DNA of 64,000 bases, taken from an uncultured Lachnospiraceae bacterium. GTDB lineage: Bacteria; Bacillota; Clostridia; Lachnospirales; Lachnospiraceae. Each line of letters begins with the position of its first letter. Position 1 is the stretch's first letter. A program made the translations under genes and the position numbers. Positions 8,601 to 16,098 of this stretch are shown in pieces. The stretch is taken from NCBI GenBank assembly GCA_937950565.1, contig CALFCS010000190.1, forward strand, positions 1,048 to 65,047, given 5' to 3'. Below the pieces are notes generated by a model, which was not told where the DNA came from, ran no database searches, and saw nothing but the letters and a program-made list of their open reading frames with translations.

Positions 8601-10328
8601 CGTAATGCCATATTCCGGTTTTGCCTCATAAATATATTTTGCAAGAATCTCACCCTCCAAAATAGCAGGGTCTGAAATAAAGAGGACATAATGCGGTTTT
8701 ACAAAATTCTTCTTTTTCTCCTGGCTTCTTGCCCTTATAACATTCGATAGTTCAAAGAAAATGTCATTGCTTTCCAGCTCATTGGATGCCATATACCGTG
8801 TACTCTTATCCTCCGACCATACGTGCGGAAACCAGCGCATACACTCCCACTCTTCCATCTGCCTGGAATCATCCTCCCGATATATAAATACCAGCTTCAC
8901 ATCCGTATAGCAGTGCTGTGCCGCAATTCCGGCCACTAACGTATGCATCAGTTCAACGGCGCCTTTTTTATTCCTGCCGCCGACCAGGCCAAGCAGAGAT
9001 TTCTTCATCAGAGAAATTCCTGCCGGAACCTGATGCAGTGTCTGGAATTCCTGTCGTATCATTTTCGGCTTGTCCAAAAGAGTATCGTTAATTAATGTAA
9101 ATTTTTCTTTTGGAATCTGGATATCCACCTGGAACGGCTGGTCTCCCAGCCCAATTCTCTGATAAAGGAAATCTTCATGTGTATAATTCCGGTTCCACAG
9201 CGCACTGCTGTTTTCGTTGTACTGCAGGCATTCACTTGCAGACGGATACATTTGAAGCATTGCCGCTGTATTGTGCTGATATTTTTCACGCAGGGAATCT
9301 GCAATTTGAATCAAATAATTACTATAGGCATTAAACCGGAGATTTTCTTCCTTTGCATTTTCCTTTTTGCTGTAATTCATATTCAGCACGGCCCACACAA
9401 CCCCGATTAACGCAGAGGTTACCGCTGTAATGAGTCCAGTATACATAAAAGCGCTCGAAGTATAACCGGAAAGTCTGGAACCAAAGATGGCGAAGGCACA
9501 TCCAAGCATCATGGGAATCGCCATGGTAAAGGCCGGTCCTATCGTCATATAAAGCGGCTTTTCTTTTATCACCTTCGGGTTCGGCGGCGACTCAATCTCC
9601 ACTCCTTCTTTATAAATAACCGGCAGGTTTCTTGGAGAACGGTGAAAATAAATTTCCTCTGGTTTCTTTCGGTGTTCCACAGGCTTCTCCTTCCGCTCCG
9701 GAATCTCAAGCGGTCTCAGGATATCATCTTTTACAGCCAGTTTTCCATAATAAGCGCCTGCCGCCAAAATATTTCCCAGGAAAATCAAATGCAGACCAAA
9801 GATATCAATATGGTCGCCAAATACAAGCTTCTTTCTTCCGCTGACTCTCAAATTGCTACAGAATACACCATTACTGCTAGTATCTGACAAATACCATCCA
9901 TCCGCCTCCTTCCTTAATACAGCGTGGGAAGCAGACACCAGCTCCATGAACTGATACTGAATCAAATTGCCCGCCGTCTTTCCGACCGATACCTCCTTCA
10001 TTCCGCTGATATCATATTTTTCCACAACCAGAAAATTCAAACTGCAGTCCGCCACAATAATCTGAAAGCGGTCTCCCATCTGTGTACGGATATCTATGAT
10101 ATCCTGGTGCTTCAGAACGTGCCGCTCCTGATATACCTTTTCTGCTTTGACCTGATAACTCTCATCCGCAATAATTTCCCATCTACCGGATGAATTTTCT
10201 AATTTAATCTCAATATCACACTTCAACCGGTATGTATTCTTACGCAGATAAATCGCATAATCCGCATCATGCAGATTCGGAAGCAGAAATTCTTTGCAAA
10301 TCTGCGTATTATAAACCATAAGTATCAC
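5622..10328 (-). CDS. essC: EssC/YukB-type FtsK/SpoIIIE T7SS ATPase (FHA domains, 2 TM segments, 3 P-loop domains)
   Basis: 1568 aa. The FHA pattern is VSASHAVLRKEADGWYLSDTSSNGVF. It has two TM segments and Walker A motifs GTTGSGKSE, GSVVSGKST and GKGRTGKTN. The GTG start lies 9 nt after GGGAGG. Confidence 0.92.
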   Translation of the reverse strand: MILMVYNTQICKEFLLPNLHDADYAIYLRKNTYRLKCDIEIKLENSSGRWEIIADESYQVKAEKVYQERHVLKHQDIIDIRTQMGDRFQIIVADCSLNFLVVEKYDISGMKEVSVGKTAGNLIQYQFMELVSASHAVLRKEADGWYLSDTSSNGVFCSNLRVSGRKKLVFGDHIDIFGLHLIFLGNILAAGAYYGKLAVKDDILRPLEIPERKEKPVEHRKKPEEIYFHRSPRNLPVIYKEGVEIESPPNPKVIKEKPLYMTIGPAFTMAIPMMLGCAFAIFGSRLSGYTSSAFMYTGLITAVTSALIGVVWAVLNMNYSKKENAKEENLRFNAYSNYLIQIADSLREKYQHNTAAMLQMYPSASECLQYNENSSALWNRNYTHEDFLYQRIGLGDQPFQVDIQIPKEKFTLINDTLLDKPKMIRQEFQTLHQVPAGISLMKKSLLGLVGGRNKKGAVELMHTLVAGIAAQHCYTDVKLVFIYREDDSRQMEEWECMRWFPHVWSEDKSTRYMASNELESNDIFFELSNVIRARSQEKKKNFVKPHYVLFISDPAILEGEILAKYIYEAKPEYGITTFLMVETLEELPNECEEIIENDQYFQGFYNLMDTGEKKQAFVPDRVSPEQLAVFGQVLANIRVNETESTSEIPASLDFFSMYGVHTLEELHVTERWRKNRNYNSMKVLVGKKAGNTDCYLDIHEKFHGPHGLVAGTTGSGKSETLQTYILSLAVNFSPEDVSFFIIDFKGGGMANLFSGLPHLSGQISNLSGNQVRRAMISIKSENMRRQRLFSEYGVNNINLYTKLYKNQEAKIPIPHLFIIIDEFAELKREEPEFMKELISVAQVGRSLGVHLILATQKPSGTVDDNIWSNSKFRLCLRVQDRQDSNDMLHKPDAAFLTQAGRCYLQVGNDEIYELFQSGYSGAIYEEYTGKPVQTAALLTRTGKAELVGGRKQKKAHGSARGNVKEKTQLDAVIEYLGHVVKENHYSKTERLWLPVLESQIHLKELPGFEDYAFEEKEPWKETAKTTGKKWSLNTVIGLYDDPENQAQLPLRVQLSADGHHAVCGSVVSGKSTFLQSLVYSFLTKYAPDMLQMYLIDFSSHMLAAFEEAPHVGGVIYDNQEERLAKFIHMLETMMDARKTMFKGGNYNQYVQAHGVSVPAVLIVIDNLASFREKTKFLYDDILLRLAREGVGYGIFMIVSAAGFGMSEIPSRIGDNIRTVFSLEQADKFKYMEVLRVTHLGILPETDVRGRGLANVDGRILEFQTALSLPADDDFKRGQKIEAVCRQMKEVWTGAKAAPIPEIPEKPTLKIISEDERYKRSIETKRFLPVGYYMKDAEIYNINLMQAYCYVISGKGRTGKTNMLKMLLHGAWLLKGSLCVVEHSTSELPKLAEEYGASYVKDSKALFQYFSELLPEFAKRNKKKQKLLEEGCEEAEIFKQMREEKPIFIFLADLGDFLQMVYKPDEGVGNMSGFVENILEKGSLHHIYFIGCLKVEEQTLLAAYRAYHLFIGYKKGIHLGGNLVAQKIFQFQNISYAQQSKLAKKGLGYVPDEEEEGNGVEVVIPLAKK

Positions 10329-10343
10329 AGTCTGACACCTCCC

Positions 10344-10868
10344 TTACACGTATGCCATATCAAATGTAAATACTGTCACTTTCATTTTCAAATCTCCAAC
10401 CATGATCCGGTCACCGGAATATACATATTCTGCTCCCTGTATCAGATGCCTGCCAAACCCTCGCAAAATCCATGTGCCATTTCTGGAATTCAAGTCCTGC
10501 AGGACCAACTCGCCCTGATACAAATACAGCATACAATGTGTTCCGGATACCGTTTCCTCCCGAATGCAAATATCATTGATTTCAGGGCTGCGCCCAATCC
10601 GGATTTTTTTCTCCGGATCGAACACATATCCCCGTTTTTCGCTGTCCTTCCATTTCAAATAAAGCATAATCTTCTGCCCGCCCTGTATCTGCTTGCTATG
10701 ACTGCGGATAGCATTATTCAGGCAGTTTTCTTTAATTACTTTATATGCTGCATCATAATACTTTTGTTTTTCCGCCTTCTGGTTGGCATGCACCACATAA
10801 CTAACCACACTGGTGACTGCCACACAGATAACAATAATAATTCCTATTAACATAACAATTCCGTCCAA
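10344..10868 (-). CDS. Single-pass membrane protein with a C-terminal FHA domain
   Basis: N-terminal TM segment (IVMLIGIIIVICVAVTSVV). FHA pattern IRIGRSPEINDICIREETVSGTHCMLY...LQDLNSRNGTW. Confidence 0.75.
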   Translation of the reverse strand: MDGIVMLIGIIIVICVAVTSVVSYVVHANQKAEKQKYYDAAYKVIKENCLNNAIRSHSKQIQGGQKIMLYLKWKDSEKRGYVFDPEKKIRIGRSPEINDICIREETVSGTHCMLYLYQGELVLQDLNSRNGTWILRGFGRHLIQGAEYVYSGDRIMVGDLKMKVTVFTFDMAYV

Positions 10869-10892
10869 CTCCTCTGCATGGCAGACATAATT

Positions 10893-12491
10893 TTAGAAAC
10901 CGCACCCATTTTCTGCCTGATTCAATACCTGAAGCCTTCCATGGTCAATTTTACATACCGTCCACACATTATCCACACCGGAAGAAGTATCTAACTGAAC
11001 AACCACCGGATCTTGTCCCGGAAGATAAATCTTCACGGTCGCGCCATTCTGTGCCATCGTCCCCGTACCTCCAAAATCAACAACCGAGAACGTATACACC
11101 CCGTCCAGGTTATAAATCGTCGTTGTCTCCGGTCCATATCCGTCTGTATCATCCAGATCCAGCTCCGCAATCGTTGTTCCGCCGGAAACGGCCTTCTTAT
11201 TCGTAAAAGAGACATGAATACTGCTTCCGCCATCTGGAGAGCCCGTCAGATGAGAGTCCAGATCATGCGGCTGGGAACCCCACTCAAGGACAATCCGCGC
11301 CTCGCCCGACAGTTCCGGTGAAATTACAAACTGTTCGCCACTGTATGATTTCCCTTTTTCAATCCGGAATTCAAAAACTTCTGAAATATACCCCTGGGCC
11401 TGTACCGTAATCTCGTAGTCATCTGCCTCTAACTGCACCTTGAAAGCTCCTTTGTTGTCCGTTTTTTCCGTCACGCTTTTATGAGATGCATTCCTCGGCT
11501 TGAAGATGAGCGTTGCATCCGCAACCCCTTTTCCGGTAACAGCATTCACTACAACACCCTCCAAAGTACCTTCTGAAGACTTCCTCTGATTCGCCATAGG
11601 AAGAATTAGTTCGTTCCACTTCGCAGCCGGTACAATATTTCCCGAAGCATCCGTCCCGATCCTGGCAATCAGCTCCTCTTCCTTATTCTCGATATAATAT
11701 CTGCCTTCTAATGTCTTTGCCGTCACTCTTTCACCAAACAACATCTGCATACGCTCCAGGCTTGCCCCGCCGTCAAAATTACGGAACAGAATTCCCAACG
11801 AATCCAGTACGATTTTCTCCGGCATCCCGGATGCATACGGAGTCTTTCTGCTTGTATCTACAATTTCATTATTATCAGAAGTATTTTTGTAATAGCAGAT
11901 TGCGTTCAGCTTCGCGTGCCTTACCTCCAGATATCCGTCGCTATTTGTCTGTGCGCTTACTACCTGTCCAAATTCAGACTTATAATCATCGAATGTATAG
12001 TTAACAATCTTCTGCACAAAAGAGGTATCCCATGCAATATCCTGTGAGGCTGTCGCAAGATCAATCTGTACCGCCTCATCCTCCTCACCGGCCGCCATGG
12101 AAACAAGAAGCTGCTTCTCCAGAGAATTTAACCTGCTCTGGATTCTGGCTGAACCTGTTCTCTGAAATCCCGTTCTCAAGATGGATTTCGCTTTTGAGGC
12201 ATCCTCCTGCTCCATATAAATCTCGGACAGAGCCAGATAAGCATCCTCTTTTTCCGGGTTAATTGAAATCGCATTCTCGTATTCTGCGATTGCCTGCTGC
12301 AGGTTATTTTCCGCTCTATATTTTTCGGCCTCCTCAATCGCAGCCATATAATTGCTTTCTTTCATCTTCCCGCTGACCAGCACAAAGGCTGTCCCTGCAA
12401 TAACAAGGATAAGCAGACTGATTAATACCGATAAGATAATCTTTACTTTTTTATTTTCTTTCGTTCCCATAAATGTTCCTCTCTCATTCAA
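10893..12491 (-). CDS. Membrane-anchored extracytoplasmic protein with TPR, a CarboxypepD_reg-like beta-sandwich and a C-terminal LDLDDTDGYGPE domain (alternative start 12470)
   Basis: N-terminal TM segment and TPR-like AIAEYENAISINPEKEDAYLALSEIY. NAVTGKGVADATL...TDNKGAF resembles a carboxypeptidase regulatory domain. ATG 12491 overlaps the upstream stop as ATGA. ATG 12470 has a GAGAGGAA RBS. Confidence 0.65.
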   Translation of the reverse strand: MNERGTFMGTKENKKVKIILSVLISLLILVIAGTAFVLVSGKMKESNYMAAIEEAEKYRAENNLQQAIAEYENAISINPEKEDAYLALSEIYMEQEDASKAKSILRTGFQRTGSARIQSRLNSLEKQLLVSMAAGEEDEAVQIDLATASQDIAWDTSFVQKIVNYTFDDYKSEFGQVVSAQTNSDGYLEVRHAKLNAICYYKNTSDNNEIVDTSRKTPYASGMPEKIVLDSLGILFRNFDGGASLERMQMLFGERVTAKTLEGRYYIENKEEELIARIGTDASGNIVPAAKWNELILPMANQRKSSEGTLEGVVVNAVTGKGVADATLIFKPRNASHKSVTEKTDNKGAFKVQLEADDYEITVQAQGYISEVFEFRIEKGKSYSGEQFVISPELSGEARIVLEWGSQPHDLDSHLTGSPDGGSSIHVSFTNKKAVSGGTTIAELDLDDTDGYGPETTTIYNLDGVYTFSVVDFGGTGTMAQNGATVKIYLPGQDPVVVQLDTSSGVDNVWTVCKIDHGRLQVLNQAENGCGF

Positions 12492-13920
12492 TGCTGACTA
12501 CAAATTCCTCATCTCCCAGACTTACACGGTCTCCATTTGATACAAGTGTATCGGTATCTGTCTGAACAGCCTGCCCGTTTATATACGTGCGGTTTGTCGA
12601 ATGATTATCCCTCACATAACAATTACTATTTTGAATTGTCACCAGTACGTGCCTGCGGCTAACGGCATTATTATCTTTAATACAGTAGTCTACATTTGCA
12701 GGGTCCTTTCCAATCCAGAAGGACGGCTTGCTGATACAGAACGTTTCCCCTGTTTTCTGACGGGTCATCCGCACAAGCTGCATCTTTCCCCCAGTCATAA
12801 ACTGCCCGCTCAGCACGGATGTTTCATTATAATAGGGCAACACCGTCGTTTCATTATAGGAACCTTCCTGCTGCTGATAGGATGACTGCCTCACCGGTTC
12901 CTGATAAGCTGGCTGCTGTGCCGGCTGCTGATAAGCTGGCTGCTGTACCGGCTGTTGATAGGGTGGCTGCTGCACCGGCTGTTGGTAAGATGGCTGCTGT
13001 ACCGGCTGCTGATAAGCTGGCTGCTGTACTGGCTCCTGGTAGGCTGGTTCTTGATAAACCGGCTGCTGCACTGGTTCCTGGTAAGCGTCCTGCTGTGACG
13101 CTCCATAACCATATCTCATCTGCTGCTCCATGCTTATCCGGTATTGCATTAAAAAGATTGCAAAAATAATATATGTTGCTGAAAGCGCCGCGCTGGCCAG
13201 GAATCCCCATATGTAAAGTGTAATTAAGGAAGCAATCGCTGAAATGGCATTTGTCACCCCAAAGATATAACAAAATACCTGCACATATTTCGATATCTGG
13301 TCATCTGGCCTGTCACTCGTAATCGTGCTGCGCATAACCTGGATTGTGCCGTTTAACTTCAGATAATAAACCAGCTTGAGCACAGTAACCGCTATATAGC
13401 CCAGTGCAAAAAGAATTAGCCAAACAACTGCCGACATACTGTAAACTGAAGCATTCATCCCGGCCGTTTCTCCGGCTATGACAACCAGAACAACAATGCA
13501 CAGAATCAAATAGACAGCTATTTTCACACAAGTAATTACCGCATCAATAATGATGACTACGCGGATAATCGTAAATCCTGTTATGTCCATATCTTCTCTT
13601 CTTTTGCTCTTTGCCGCTCCGAAAATTACCCAGATTCCTGCCAGAATTACAAACGCCGGAATCATTCCTATAATATTGCCTGCTATTATGGCCGCATTTA
13701 TCTTCCCAATGTACGACGCGAGCTCATAATATATGAAAGAACCTGCGTCCCTTCTGATTTCATCTAAAATAACATCCAGATAAGGAATCCCCGAAATACT
13801 GCTGAGCAGCCCAAACAATCCATATACGGAATAGGTGATTGCCCCAACCAGATATAATGGAGAACCCAGCATTGATTTCGCGGTCTTTACCGCTGAACTT
13901 TGTCCTTTTGAGTTATACAT
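12484..13920 (-). CDS. Polytopic membrane protein with a P/Q-rich repeat linker, two ET[TS]VL motifs and a C-terminal FHA domain
   Basis: Start set at ATG 13920, which has a GGAGGAGAGG RBS. The ORF-track extension to 14049 is basic, non-protein-like sequence. The protein has multiple hydrophobic segments, (VQQPxYQQP)n repeats, and the FHA pattern FWIGKDPANVDYCIKDNNAVSRRHVLV...DNHSTNRTYING. Confidence 0.75.
   Translation of the reverse strand: MYNSKGQSSAVKTAKSMLGSPLYLVGAITYSVYGLFGLLSSISGIPYLDVILDEIRRDAGSFIYYELASYIGKINAAIIAGNIIGMIPAFVILAGIWVIFGAAKSKRREDMDITGFTIIRVVIIIDAVITCVKIAVYLILCIVVLVVIAGETAGMNASVYSMSAVVWLILFALGYIAVTVLKLVYYLKLNGTIQVMRSTITSDRPDDQISKYVQVFCYIFGVTNAISAIASLITLYIWGFLASAALSATYIIFAIFLMQYRISMEQQMRYGYGASQQDAYQEPVQQPVYQEPAYQEPVQQPAYQQPVQQPSYQQPVQQPPYQQPVQQPAYQQPAQQPAYQEPVRQSSYQQQEGSYNETTVLPYYNETSVLSGQFMTGGKMQLVRMTRQKTGETFCISKPSFWIGKDPANVDYCIKDNNAVSRRHVLVTIQNSNCYVRDNHSTNRTYINGQAVQTDTDTLVSNGDRVSLGDEEFVVSIE
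12898..13086 (-). repeat. About seven tandem copies of a 27-nt coding repeat (VQQPxYQQP units)
   Basis: Direct reading shows ctgctgataagctggctgctgt(a/g)ccgg repeated with small variations. It stays in frame inside the 12484-13920 CDS. Confidence 0.85.
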
Positions 13921-13969
13921 TTCCTCTCCTCCTTCTCCTCTCTTCCATGTCTTTCTGTTTTCATAGTTT

Positions 13970-14104
13970 CTACCGATAAATGTGATAAACCTGTTCTCGT
14001 ATTCTTTTTTTCTTTTTCTGAATCGCCCATTGCGCCGCTGCCGTTCCAAGTGTAGACAAAATCAGAACACATACGCCAACAATCATAATCCCGGCTCCGC
14101 TCAT
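13970..14104 (-). CDS. Unannotated 44-aa single-TM small protein (MSGAGIMIVGVCVLILSTLGTAAAQWAIQKKKKRIREQVYHIYR)
   Basis: It falls below the ORF-track size cutoff. The ATG lies 7 nt after a GGAGGG that sits in the last codons of the kinase gene. It has a hydrophobic helix followed by a KKKKR positive-inside tail. It fills an otherwise unexplained 187-bp gap in a tightly packed operon. Confidence 0.5.
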   Translation of the reverse strand: MSGAGIMIVGVCVLILSTLGTAAAQWAIQKKKKRIREQVYHIYR

Positions 14105-14107
14105 CTC

Positions 14108-16024
14108 TTATCCCTCCAGCTCATTCATAATTTCTTTCAACTGTTCCATATGCGTATCGGAAGCGCCCTGGGAATCATAAAGATGCTTTCCGCTTTCATA
14201 GCGGAACTTCAAATCATTCCCGACATCCGCATAGCTTTTCTGCTCCTTCGCCAAATCCAGATAGTTGTAACACATCCACATAGATACCTCATACTTATCC
14301 GGATACTCCGTCAGCATCTCTTTTAAAGTAAGATTACTTCTCTCATATTTTCCCATTGCTCTTTCTACCAACGCCAGATTCAGCCTGTCCTCATATCCCG
14401 GGTGACTGCTTTGATTCAGCCATTCATAGCTTTCATAGGCTTTCGTAAGATAGGCGTTACCGTTTATCTCGCGTTCACTCTCAGTCGCCGCAAGATAAGC
14501 ACTCTTCCCAAGTCTCCTTCGTACGTCCTTGTCATCCTTCATCTTCACCGCTTTTTCCAGCACCGCAACGGCATCGGAATATGCCTGATTTTCCAGATAA
14601 ATATCCGAAAGCAGCAGATATGCATCACAAGCCAGTTCCATGTCCCCTGTCTGTATAGCTTCTTCCGCAATTGCTTCCAGCTCGCCTTGCACGCTCTCTT
14701 TTTCACCATCTGCCCAGGCGATTTCCGCCACAAGAAGATTCTGTTCTTCCGGAGAAAGTGCCTTCCGTGCTTCCAGTAACTGCACCGCCTGTCTCGCCTT
14801 CTCGGTCTGCCCGTCACGGATTAGTGCAACAATATAATTCTCACAGAAATTTCCCGATGCTTCGTTCAAATCCCATGCCTCTTTGTAATAATCTGCCGCT
14901 TCCCCGAACCGTTCCTGCCGGAAATAGCTTTCCCCCAATATATTCAGAACTTCCGCTTTCTTCTCCGTGTTCTTATCCAAATAAGAGCGATAAGTAAAGC
15001 TGTTCAAAATATCTGTCCCTTTTGCAACTACTTCCGTCTCGTTCTGATTTTCCGCCGAAATATAAAGACTCTGATATGCCTGCTGCCATTTTTCCACTGT
15101 ATTCTGCCAGTTACCATAATAAATGCACAGCGAGCCTGCTATTACACAAAGGAGCCAAGCAAATAAAATACTGATTTGCAGATAGCCATATCTCCGGTAG
15201 ACTGGATCCATTTTCCCGATATCTTCAAGCGAAGCCCTAAGCTTCTCTGCAGATGCATACCTCCCCGAAGGCCTGCGTTTTAACATCTTACAAACAATTG
15301 CCTTCAGGCCATCGCTATAAGGAATATCCATATATCTCAACTGTTCGCTCTGGTCGTCCACCGGCGACGGTAATAATCCCGTCATAAGACAATAAAAGGT
15401 AGCGCCCAGACTATAAATATCCATCCGTCCATCCAGGATAATCCTGTCCTCTTGCCCGCACAGAATGTGCTGCGCTCTTTCATATTGCTCCGGCGCCGCA
15501 TACCACGGACTGATTCCCTGCACGTCCTTCGACGTCTCCCCGTCCAGGGAAATATTAAAGTCAATCAGACAGACATCACCAGAGTCTGTAATCATAATAT
15601 TCCCCGGCTTAATATCACTGTGCAGAATCGGAGGCTGCTGCGAATGCAGATACTCCAACACTTCCGAAAGCTGCAGGAGCCACCGCCTTATCACCTCCTC
15701 CGGGAATGAATATTTCCGGTCAAGATAATACTGCAGGTCTCTGCCCTCTATGTATTCCATCACCGTATAAATACTGCTTCCGATTACCAGAAAATCGTAA
15801 ACCTGCGGAAGATAGGAGTGATGCAGCCGTTTCAGAATATCTACCTCCGCACGTCCGTTAACCTGTCCGGCAAAATGATCCTTTATCTTTTTCACAACCA
15901 CCTTTTTATGAAGGCGCAGATGCTCCGCCAGATAAATGATTCCGGTACCTCCCCGCCCGATTTCCGTGATAATCTGATAAATACCGTCCAGGATCATTCC
16001 ATTTTTTATCCCGTTCATACACAT
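14108..16024 (-). CDS. Hanks-type Ser/Thr protein kinase with one TM segment and an extracytoplasmic TPR domain
   Basis: Kinase motifs: GRGGTGIIYLA, VVVKKIK, HSDIKPGNIMI, IDFNIS and SPWYAAPE. TM segment ISILFAWLLCVIAGSLCIYY. The C-terminal half is TPR-like. Confidence 0.85.
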   Translation of the reverse strand: MCMNGIKNGMILDGIYQIITEIGRGGTGIIYLAEHLRLHKKVVVKKIKDHFAGQVNGRAEVDILKRLHHSYLPQVYDFLVIGSSIYTVMEYIEGRDLQYYLDRKYSFPEEVIRRWLLQLSEVLEYLHSQQPPILHSDIKPGNIMITDSGDVCLIDFNISLDGETSKDVQGISPWYAAPEQYERAQHILCGQEDRIILDGRMDIYSLGATFYCLMTGLLPSPVDDQSEQLRYMDIPYSDGLKAIVCKMLKRRPSGRYASAEKLRASLEDIGKMDPVYRRYGYLQISILFAWLLCVIAGSLCIYYGNWQNTVEKWQQAYQSLYISAENQNETEVVAKGTDILNSFTYRSYLDKNTEKKAEVLNILGESYFRQERFGEAADYYKEAWDLNEASGNFCENYIVALIRDGQTEKARQAVQLLEARKALSPEEQNLLVAEIAWADGEKESVQGELEAIAEEAIQTGDMELACDAYLLLSDIYLENQAYSDAVAVLEKAVKMKDDKDVRRRLGKSAYLAATESEREINGNAYLTKAYESYEWLNQSSHPGYEDRLNLALVERAMGKYERSNLTLKEMLTEYPDKYEVSMWMCYNYLDLAKEQKSYADVGNDLKFRYESGKHLYDSQGASDTHMEQLKEIMNELEG

Positions 16025-16098
16025 TTCCTCTAAGCTGTACAGAAGGCTGTCTGAATTCAGAGATTCAGGCAGCCCACTTTCAACTCTGCATTTATTTT

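Noticed and set aside
10269-10850. A 193-aa plus-strand ORF, together with many similar long ORFs antisense to well-supported genes (for example 55326-56144, 35816-36691, 20257-20850, 32257-32859 and 8211-8675).
   Set aside because: They lie entirely opposite genes with clear domain signatures. They lack an RBS and have skewed, low-complexity compositions (rich in L/F/I/S/C/H) typical of shadow ORFs.
12819-13273. ORFs 12819-13169 (+), 12854-13273 (-) and 12891-13112 (-) across the P/Q repeat region.
   Set aside because: They are alternative-frame or antisense readings of the 27-nt tandem repeat. Repeats keep all frames open, and only the frame continuous with the TM and FHA domains makes a coherent protein.
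13921-14049. The N-terminal extension of the 12484 ORF (MERQRRNGRFRKRKKEYENRF...).
   Set aside because: It is an extremely basic, non-protein-like sequence with no RBS. A strong GGAGGAGAGG RBS precedes the internal ATG at 13920, and a better small ORF occupies the gap in another frame.
16045-16074. An imperfect hairpin GGCTGTCTGAATTC...GATTCAGGCAGCC between the giant-protein gene and the kinase gene.
   Set aside because: It is not followed by a U-tract on the transcribed (minus) strand and it contains a mismatch. It is probably an intra-operon stability or processing element at most, so it is not called as a terminator.
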